Source of the DNA: Fibrobacteria bacterium
GTDB taxonomy: Bacteria; Fibrobacterota; Fibrobacteria; UBA11236; JADFYW01
Length of the DNA stretch: 64,000 nucleotides
NCBI GenBank assembly: GCA_050294405.1
Contig: JBNKOC010000012.1
Location: forward strand, 288,001 to 352,000
Direction of reading: 5' to 3'
Part shown: positions 57,578 through 64,000 of the stretch, in pieces
How positions within the stretch are numbered: the first letter of the stretch is position 1
Layout: each line of letters opens with the position of its first letter
Position numbers and translations under genes: made by a program
The notes under the pieces: generated by a model
The model's database searches: none
Told to the model about the DNA's origin: nothing
The model's input: only the letters and a program-made list of their open reading frames with translations

Positions 57578-58153
57578 TTAAGATGCGATGTATACCAGGG
57601 GAAAAAGAAAAATCCAGATGATATCTACCAAGTGCCAATAAAGGCCTACATATTCCACAGATGCCAGGCTTTTGCCTTTGCGAACTCTCAGGGCAAATGC
57701 GAAAATAACCACTAAGCCCGCCAGAATGTGAAAGGCGTGAAGGCCTGTCATAAGGAAGTAAAAAGACCAGAATAAATTAGTAACTGGGGTGAAACCCATA
57801 TGGAACTCGTGATTGTACTCGTAAGCCTTAACACATAAAAAGAGAAGGCCCAAACCGATAGTCATAAACATTTGGTTGGAAGCCTTTATATAATCTTTTT
57901 CATCTACAGATTTAAAAGCAAGAACCATCGTAAGACTGCTGGTTAAAAGCACCAAGGTATTAAAAAGGCCTATGTAGGATATGGTGTGGGCCGCATGCTC
58001 GTGCCAATCCGGATGGTGTAAACGAAACAGGATATAAGATACGATGAGCCCCCCAAAAATAAGCAACTCACCGCCTAGGAATACCCAGGTTCCAAATTTG
58101 CCATTGGGGATTCCCATGTTTTCTGTTTGTGTATTCAAATTGTGTTCACTCAT
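57578..58153 (-). CDS. ctaE: Cytochrome c oxidase subunit III
   Basis: WVFLGGELLIFGG, NTLVLLTSSLTM, MTGLHAFH, GLYWHLVDIIWIFLFP. Confidence 0.9.
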   Translation of the reverse strand: MSEHNLNTQTENMGIPNGKFGTWVFLGGELLIFGGLIVSYILFRLHHPDWHEHAAHTISYIGLFNTLVLLTSSLTMVLAFKSVDEKDYIKASNQMFMTIGLGLLFLCVKAYEYNHEFHMGFTPVTNLFWSFYFLMTGLHAFHILAGLVVIFAFALRVRKGKSLASVEYVGLYWHLVDIIWIFLFPLVYIAS

Positions 58154-58171
58154 ATATAAACCGTTAATAAA

Positions 58172-59827
58172 TTAGGATTTATGCTGGGGTAAAAAGTCGG
58201 AATCGGCACCAGGTATGCTGTATTCGTAAGGATCTCTGTAAACCACTGGTGGAGTTAAAAAATTTCCGTGCGGAGGGGGAGATGGAGTATTCCATTCCAA
58301 AGTAGTGGCGTTCCAGGGGTTTTCCGGAGCTGCCTTTCCCTTAAAAATGCTGTGGAACAGGTTGAAAACAAATGGAATTTGGAAAATCAAAAGTCCAATT
58401 ACCGCTGAAGTGGATATGATTTGCAAATGCTGCAAGTCCTGGAGAAAATCAAATTGAGTGGGGTCGGCAATTCTTCTGTGGTGCCCCTGGGCCCCCATTA
58501 AAAACTGTGGGATAAAAATAAAATTGAAAAACAAAATGGTACCGGCAAAGTGAATTTTGCCTAAGGTTTCATTCATGTATTTTCCAAACATTTTGGGAAA
58601 CCAATAATATATCCCTGCAAAGGTGGCGATAATCACCGTGGGAAATAGAGTGTAGTGAAAATGGGCGACTACAAAATAAGTGTCGTGAAAATATATATCG
58701 GCCGCCGGAGAGCCTAGCATAAGACCAGTGGCCCCTCCCAATAAAAATTCCAGTAAGAACCCAAGGGCAAATAACATAGGAGTGCTAAAAGTAATGGAGC
58801 CTTTCCACAAAGTGGCTATAAAACAAAGTACGCTTACTGCCAGTGGAACAGAAATCAATATGGTGGTAATGCTAAAAGGCAGAGCCAATCTGGGGTCGAT
58901 ACCTGAAATAAACTGGTGATGAGCCCAAACCACAAAGCTTAGTATACCCGCAATAAAAATGGAATAGAGAATGGTTTTGTAACCAAAAAGTGTTTTTCTG
59001 GTAAAAGCGGGGATAATTTCCGCAATAATTCCAAGACCAGGCAAAAGAATGACGTATACTTCGGGATGTCCGAAAAACCAAAAAAGATGTTGAAATAAAA
59101 GGGGATCTCCGCCCTGGCCGGGGTCGTAAAAGCCAGTCCCTAAAGTTCTGTCTAATAATAACATTACAGCTCCGGCCACAAGCGGGCCGACTGAGAACAT
59201 AAAAAGAAGGTTGGCAACAACTTCCATCCAAAGCATTACGGGCAAACGAAAAAGACTAAGGCCCTTAGCCCTCATATTTATGGTTGTGGTAATAAAATTA
59301 ATACCGCCAATTAACATGGAAATAATTTCCAAAGCCACAGCTATAATCCAGAGGTTTGCGCCCCACTCCACGCCTGAAAAAGCCGATTTTGCGGATAAGG
59401 GCGGATACATAGTCCATCCACCAGAAGCGGCTCCACCGGGCACAAAAAAGGAAAGAATTAATATAACGCTGGAAACAAAAAACACCCAAAATGAGGCCAT
59501 GTTTAGCTTTGGAAAAGCCATGTCATCAGCACCCACCATAAGGGGGATTAAAAAATTTCCAAAGCCGCCTAAAAGAATGGGCATGGCCACCCAAAATACC
59601 ATGATCGTGGCGTGCATGGTAACGGCCTGATTATATTGACCGGCCCCCATGATTCCAAAACCGGGAATGGATTCTCCAGGCCAGGCTAATTGAGAACGGA
59701 ATACATAGGCCAGATAGCCCCCGATGGCCGCCATGATAAGCCCGGTTAAGGTGTATTGCCGGGCGATCATTTTGTGATCGATTGTAAATAAATATTTAGT
59801 TATAAACGACTGATTATGCTCGCTCAT
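58172..59827 (-). CDS. ctaD: Cytochrome c oxidase subunit I, A1 type
   Basis: DHK, TMHA, DMAFP, WFFGHPEVY, WAHH, HDTYFVVAHFHY, RR. Confidence 0.95.
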   Translation of the reverse strand: MSEHNQSFITKYLFTIDHKMIARQYTLTGLIMAAIGGYLAYVFRSQLAWPGESIPGFGIMGAGQYNQAVTMHATIMVFWVAMPILLGGFGNFLIPLMVGADDMAFPKLNMASFWVFFVSSVILILSFFVPGGAASGGWTMYPPLSAKSAFSGVEWGANLWIIAVALEIISMLIGGINFITTTINMRAKGLSLFRLPVMLWMEVVANLLFMFSVGPLVAGAVMLLLDRTLGTGFYDPGQGGDPLLFQHLFWFFGHPEVYVILLPGLGIIAEIIPAFTRKTLFGYKTILYSIFIAGILSFVVWAHHQFISGIDPRLALPFSITTILISVPLAVSVLCFIATLWKGSITFSTPMLFALGFLLEFLLGGATGLMLGSPAADIYFHDTYFVVAHFHYTLFPTVIIATFAGIYYWFPKMFGKYMNETLGKIHFAGTILFFNFIFIPQFLMGAQGHHRRIADPTQFDFLQDLQHLQIISTSAVIGLLIFQIPFVFNLFHSIFKGKAAPENPWNATTLEWNTPSPPPHGNFLTPPVVYRDPYEYSIPGADSDFLPQHKS

Positions 59828-59858
59828 CTAACTTGTCCCTTGAGAACTGATTTAAGGA

Positions 59859-60536
59859 TTACCATTCTTCATACACCTCTTGTTCGCTGACCCATTTTGC
59901 GTATTCGTCTTTGGATTTAACGGTTAAAACCGCACCCATCTTTGTGTGACCTACGCCGCAAATTTCAGCACAGGCAATGGGGTAGCTTCCAGGAGTGGTT
60001 ACGTTAAACCAACCTTTTATGCTGCGCCCTGGAACCGCATCCTGTTTTAAGCGAAGGGATGGAATCCAAAAGCTGTGCAAAACGTCAACAGAGCTGAGGT
60101 GAAAAAGAATATCTGTATTGGCGGGAACCACCAATTCGGTTTGCATTTTAAGATCGTCTTCGGTGCCCAACTTTTCATCCTGTCCAGGGATAACAAAATC
60201 CCAGGCAAACTGCTGTCCGGAAACTTCAATTTCCAGAGCTTTTTGGGGAAGTGTTTCTTTTATGGTTTTCCAGGCATGGTGCCCTTTGGCCTCAATGGAA
60301 AAATCTGTAATAACCAGCAGGGCTGTGGGGATTATTATCCATACAAACTGGTTGATTTTGGTGCCACTGTGATAGCCAGCATTGGGATTGGCTTTTTTGC
60401 GAGCTTGGAAAATAATCCAAAAAACCACAATTTCGGTGAGTATAAAAAGAGCGCCCACCACATAATAAATGAACGAAATAATAGAATCCACTTCATGTCC
60501 GAAGGTAGATACGTTTTGAGGAAACCAATTTAACAT
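59859..60536 (-). CDS. ctaC: Cytochrome c oxidase subunit II (CuA)
   Basis: DVLHSFWIP..KQDAVPG..CAEICGVGHTKM. Confidence 0.94.
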   Translation of the reverse strand: MLNWFPQNVSTFGHEVDSIISFIYYVVGALFILTEIVVFWIIFQARKKANPNAGYHSGTKINQFVWIIIPTALLVITDFSIEAKGHHAWKTIKETLPQKALEIEVSGQQFAWDFVIPGQDEKLGTEDDLKMQTELVVPANTDILFHLSSVDVLHSFWIPSLRLKQDAVPGRSIKGWFNVTTPGSYPIACAEICGVGHTKMGAVLTVKSKDEYAKWVSEQEVYEEW

Positions 60537-60557
60537 AACTTCTTTATCTCAAATAAA

Positions 60558-60566
60558 ATTATACCA
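60558..60566 (-). promoter_or_regulatory. Extended -10 element of a candidate sigma70 promoter for the oxidase operon
   Basis: Minus strand TGGTATAAT, ending 22 bp upstream of ATG 60536. Confidence 0.5.
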
Positions 60567-60749
60567 GGAGGATAAATTTCCTAACTAACCCAGCGCAAAC
60601 TTAACAAAAACCGGGTCAATTTGTCATAAATTTTTTAATCTATTACTTTATTAGCCGGAAGAAAATTCCATAGATAGGAATTGCCTGAATAGGAAAAGGG
60701 CAATTAAAAAGGAATCAAAATTATTTAAAACAAAATTTAGGAGTATTTT

Positions 60750-61439
60750 ATGAAAAAAATGGCAACCCTTTGCTCCTCCCTTGCATTTTTACTGGCCACT
60801 TCGGCTTTTGCTGGGGATGTAGTAGGAACAATTAAGTTTGAAGGGACCCCCCCAAAATTGCGCCCACACAATGTGGATAAAGATGCAATCTGCGCCAAAA
60901 TGCACAAAGAGCCACTTGTTAACGAAGCTTTGGTTTTGGGAGATGGAAATGCATTGGCCAATGTATTGGTAAGTGTAAAATCCGTAAAGGGAAGTTTTAA
61001 AGCTCCTAGCGATGCAATGGTTGTGACTCAAGAGGGTTGTAAATATACGCCCCATGTATTCGGCGTCATGGCTGGCCAGCCTATTAAATTGTTGAATCCC
61101 GATGGCACTTTGCACAATGTTCATGCCATGCCTAAAAAGAACCGTCCTTTTAACCTGAGCATGCCTAAACACAAAAAAGAAGCTGTAAAAGATTTTAAAA
61201 AAGCCGAAGCACCTTTCCCCATTAAATGTGATGTTCATCCCTGGATGGGCGCTTGGGTTCAGGTTTTTGACCACCCTTATTTTTCAGTGTCTGGAAATGA
61301 CGGAAAGTTTAAAATTTCCGGACTTCCTGCCGGCGATTACGAACTGGTAGCCTGGCATGAAAAAATGGGCGAACAAACCGCTAAAGTAAAAGTTGGTGCT
61401 GATGGCTCTGTGTCTCAGGATTTCAGCTTTAAGAAATAA
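60750..61439 (+). CDS. Secreted cupredoxin-like / carboxypeptidase-regulatory-like domain protein
   Basis: Signal peptide; QEGCKYTPHV, LHNVH, CDVHPWM (type-1 Cu-like ligand set), AWHE. Confidence 0.8.
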   Translation: MKKMATLCSSLAFLLATSAFAGDVVGTIKFEGTPPKLRPHNVDKDAICAKMHKEPLVNEALVLGDGNALANVLVSVKSVKGSFKAPSDAMVVTQEGCKYTPHVFGVMAGQPIKLLNPDGTLHNVHAMPKKNRPFNLSMPKHKKEAVKDFKKAEAPFPIKCDVHPWMGAWVQVFDHPYFSVSGNDGKFKISGLPAGDYELVAWHEKMGEQTAKVKVGADGSVSQDFSFKK

Positions 61440-61456
61440 TTGAATTTGGGTATTTG

Positions 61457-61495
61457 AAAAGGTGTGCGGCGAGAGTCTGCGCACCTTTTTTTTTT
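61457..61495 (+). terminator. Intrinsic terminator
   Basis: AAAAGGTGTGCGG...CTGCGCACCTTTT followed by a T run. Confidence 0.85.
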
Positions 61496-61531
61496 GAATT
61501 TTATGGGGACAATGTACTCAAGGCTGCGGTA

Positions 61532-62275
61532 ATGGGGGTTCATCCTTTCCTGAAAAATTTTATTCTGTTTAAATCCCACAAAGTGCGTTGGGCCTTTTAT
61601 GGCGCGTTTTTAAGCTTGGGATCTCCCGCCGGACTGTATGTTATTGATAAATACATGTTTGAGGGTTATTCGGATATTCTCAAAGTAGCATATATATATA
61701 GCACTATCGGCACACTTATCGTTTTTTCTTCCTTTGGGATGTGGGCTGGAAATTTTATTGATAAGCTGGACTATTACGCCAGCCACGATTTGCTGACCCA
61801 ACTATTTAACAGGCGATATATGCAAATTCGCCTCGAAGAAGCTTTTAGCTTTTGTAAACGCTATCAAAAACCCTTCTTAATATGTATGCTGGATTTAGAC
61901 TATTTTAAAAAAGTGAACGATACATACGGCCATTCTGTAGGGGATAAAGTGCTTAGGGCGGTTTCTGGTGTGCTCAAAGCGGAATCCCGAGGTTCGGATA
62001 TTGTGGCCAGATGGGGCGGGGAAGAGTTCATAATTTTTTGTCCTGAAACCAGCTCTGAACAAGGCGTGTTGTTGTCGAATCGGATTCGGGAAAAAGTGAT
62101 GGAACTGAGCGCTCAGGATTTAGGCTTCAAAGGCCCGCAAACCATTTCTATTGGGGTGGTGCTGTGCAGTCCAAATGAATCCAGTAATTTGAATTTTATT
62201 TTAAAAGAACTGGACAGCACCCTTTACATGGCTAAAAACCAGGGAAGAAACAAAGTGGTGTTTCAGCAGATTTAA
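61532..62275 (+). CDS. Membrane-bound diguanylate cyclase (GGDEF)
   Basis: Two TM segments; DLLTQLFNRR, DLDYFKKVNDTYGH, RGSD I-site, GGEEF; start moved past the terminator. Confidence 0.9.
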   Translation: MGVHPFLKNFILFKSHKVRWAFYGAFLSLGSPAGLYVIDKYMFEGYSDILKVAYIYSTIGTLIVFSSFGMWAGNFIDKLDYYASHDLLTQLFNRRYMQIRLEEAFSFCKRYQKPFLICMLDLDYFKKVNDTYGHSVGDKVLRAVSGVLKAESRGSDIVARWGGEEFIIFCPETSSEQGVLLSNRIREKVMELSAQDLGFKGPQTISIGVVLCSPNESSNLNFILKELDSTLYMAKNQGRNKVVFQQI

Positions 62276-62282
62276 ATTTCCT

Positions 62283-62828
62283 TTACTCCAATAGTGTTAA
62301 TAAATTTTCGATGTCCATTCCGCTTACTGTGGGATCTGAAAAGCGGATAAAAATTTTATCTTCAATTTTCATGTGCTTTTCATCTGTTTCCATATACTTG
62401 TAATAGGTTTTCCCAGGACGGGGCATTCCTAAACATTGATCCCCAAGTCCCTTGTCCACATCCAAAGTAAGGGCCACCGGTTTGTAACCTTTTTCAACAA
62501 ATGTGAATTTTTGGGCCCAGTACCAATCTTCCACATCGGTTTTCCAAAGGAAATCAAAAAATTGGTTACCAAAAGTGCCATTGTATTTTCCCAAAAGCAC
62601 GCATTCATCATCTCCATAGCCCATTGTTATAAGGACTTTGTTACCATCTAGGAAGGAATAGGTCAGCACTTTTCCATTTTCATCCAACGCTGCATAGGTG
62701 GATGGAATAGCCACTGGTCCACTCCAGGACTCTCTGTAAATATCCACCCGATATATTTGGATGGCCAGTAATATTAATATCACTCCGCCGACAATTAAGG
62801 AAATTTTTGTTTTTTTTCTGTTTGCCAT
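62283..62828 (-). CDS. Hypothetical membrane-anchored/secreted protein
   Basis: AGGAGG RBS before ATG 62828; N-terminal TM; one Cys pair. Confidence 0.7.
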   Translation of the reverse strand: MANRKKTKISLIVGGVILILLAIQIYRVDIYRESWSGPVAIPSTYAALDENGKVLTYSFLDGNKVLITMGYGDDECVLLGKYNGTFGNQFFDFLWKTDVEDWYWAQKFTFVEKGYKPVALTLDVDKGLGDQCLGMPRPGKTYYKYMETDEKHMKIEDKIFIRFSDPTVSGMDIENLLTLLE

Positions 62829-62926
62829 GATCTTCCTCCTATTTGTTCCACCCCAATAAAGGAAAGTGCAAATTAAATGCCATCTATCAAAATTATTTTC
62901 AATTAAAATTTCCAGCTCTTGATAAC

Positions 62927-62966
62927 AGTAAAAATGACAAAATAGCATTTTGTAGTCAAATTGACA
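62927..62966. promoter_or_regulatory. Pair of TGTCA-N3-TGACA-type sites upstream of the usp sigma54 promoter
   Basis: AGTAA-AAA-TGACA (62927-62939) and AGTCA-AAT-TGACA (62954-62966). Confidence 0.55.
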
Positions 62967-63066
62967 TTTTTTTAGGCTCTAAAACTATATATTATATAGA
63001 GAAGGAAAAAAATGGGGATTTCAGCCTAATTTGGCGGCAGGATTTGAGGATTTTAAAGGGCTATCT

Positions 63067-63082
63067 TGGCACATCGTTTGCG
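63067..63082 (+). promoter_or_regulatory. Sigma54 (-24/-12) promoter
   Basis: TGGCAC-ATCGT-TTGCG, about 40 bp upstream of the usp ATG. Confidence 0.8.
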
Positions 63083-63123
63083 TTTTTTAAACTATAGATG
63101 GATCTTAAACCGAGGGTAATATC

Positions 63124-63960
63124 ATGAACAAGAGAATAATGGTTACGGTGGGTCCCAGTTCTATCAGCAGAGAGGTTGTTGAATTTGCTGATTCTCTCGC
63201 CCTAAAAAATAATGCGGAGCTGTTTGTGCTGCATGTGCAGGAACGCTCCCCCTATGTAGTAGAAACGGGAGAGGTTTTTAAAAAATTTATGGAGACTATA
63301 ACTTTAAAAACCCCTTCTCATGAAATATTATCGCCAGTTGGTTATCCCAGCCAGCAGATTGTGGATGAGGCCAATCGCTACAATGTAGACTTAATTGTAA
63401 TGGCGGCGCATTCCCATACCCTAATTGGGGAACTTTTGTTGGGAGGGATTACCAAATATGTAATGCACCATTGCAAATGCCCCGTATTTGTATATAAAAA
63501 ACCGGAACAGGCTTTCGAGAATAAAATTGTGGTTCCCATTGATTTTACGGAGGTGAATCGGAAAGTGGTGGCCATTGCGGATGATTATGCCATGGACTTT
63601 GGTGGGGATTTGGCCTTTGTCCATGTGGACCCAGATGAGGGTTACTACGGAGCATGGACCGCTCATTCCTATGGGGTGGTGGTCCCAGAAGAATCCATGT
63701 ATAAAAAACCGGATTTGGAAGCTGTAACCGCAAAATTAAAGGAATATTTGGATGGATTACAAATAAAATCCAAGTATGAATACAAAGTATTTTCGGGCTC
63801 GGCTAATGCAAAAATTTTAGAATACCAGGAGCAGTTAGATGCAAAGCTTATTATGTTGGCTTCACATTCCCACACTGCACTGGGACGGTTGCTCATCGGC
63901 GGTACCACGGATAAACTATTAAACAAAGGAGGCTGTTCTCTTTACGTTTATAAAGAATAA
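63124..63960 (+). CDS. Universal stress protein with two USP domains
   Basis: DLIVMAAHSH..LLGG..CPVFV repeated as KLIMLASHSH..LIGG..CSLYV; IVVPIDF. Confidence 0.92.
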   Translation: MNKRIMVTVGPSSISREVVEFADSLALKNNAELFVLHVQERSPYVVETGEVFKKFMETITLKTPSHEILSPVGYPSQQIVDEANRYNVDLIVMAAHSHTLIGELLLGGITKYVMHHCKCPVFVYKKPEQAFENKIVVPIDFTEVNRKVVAIADDYAMDFGGDLAFVHVDPDEGYYGAWTAHSYGVVVPEESMYKKPDLEAVTAKLKEYLDGLQIKSKYEYKVFSGSANAKILEYQEQLDAKLIMLASHSHTALGRLLIGGTTDKLLNKGGCSLYVYKE

Positions 63961-64000
63961 GATAGATTTTCATTATATTTTTTTGTTAGTTTTAATTTTT

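Noticed and set aside
61454..61531. N-terminal extension of the GGDEF ORF
   Set aside because: Runs through the upstream terminator hairpin; ATG 61532 is more plausible
1..64000. Many short antisense or alternate-frame ORFs; rRNA, tRNA, transposase, integrase and phage genes
   Set aside because: The short ORFs overlap well-supported genes and show no recognisable motifs; no RNA-gene or mobile-element signatures were recognised by eye

Overview
A bacterial window (roughly 40% GC by eye; an FCB-group host is my inference, not established) dominated by respiration and metal-cofactor genes. It holds two independent porin/multiheme-cytochrome clusters, each beside its own system II cytochrome c synthase (CcsA). 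Cluster 1 (1-9.8 kb, +) is ccsA, a His-rich membrane protein, a 20-heme and a 31-heme cytochrome, a beta-barrel, and a membrane-anchored Fe-S flavoprotein whose thioredoxin-reductase-like fold appears circularly permuted. Cluster 2 (41.4-56.1 kb, -) is a porin, an 8-heme cytochrome, a CbcL-like c/b fusion, a 3-heme cytochrome, an NHL propeller, a 25-heme cytochrome, two lipoprotein cytochromes, then lipoprotein-resB-ccsA. It lies directly downstream of an A1-type heme-copper oxidase operon in which all canonical K-channel residues are substituted. Between the clusters are feoAB, hemN, hemY, nnrS, a Cus-type RND system, a YeeE/YedE pair, tatA, a moeA-moaA-mobBA-moaD-moaE operon behind a Moco-family riboswitch lacking P3, and class II nrdJ with NrdR boxes. 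I count about 110 heme c motifs by hand. Non-coding signals include a recurring TGTCA-N3-TGACA palindrome upstream of several operons, four near-consensus sigma54 promoters (one driving an unannotated 46-aa pilin-like peptide), and a 119-bp tandem palindromic repeat with a covarying solo copy 30 kb away. No rRNA, tRNA, CRISPR array or transposase was seen. All calls come from motif recognition, with no database searches.
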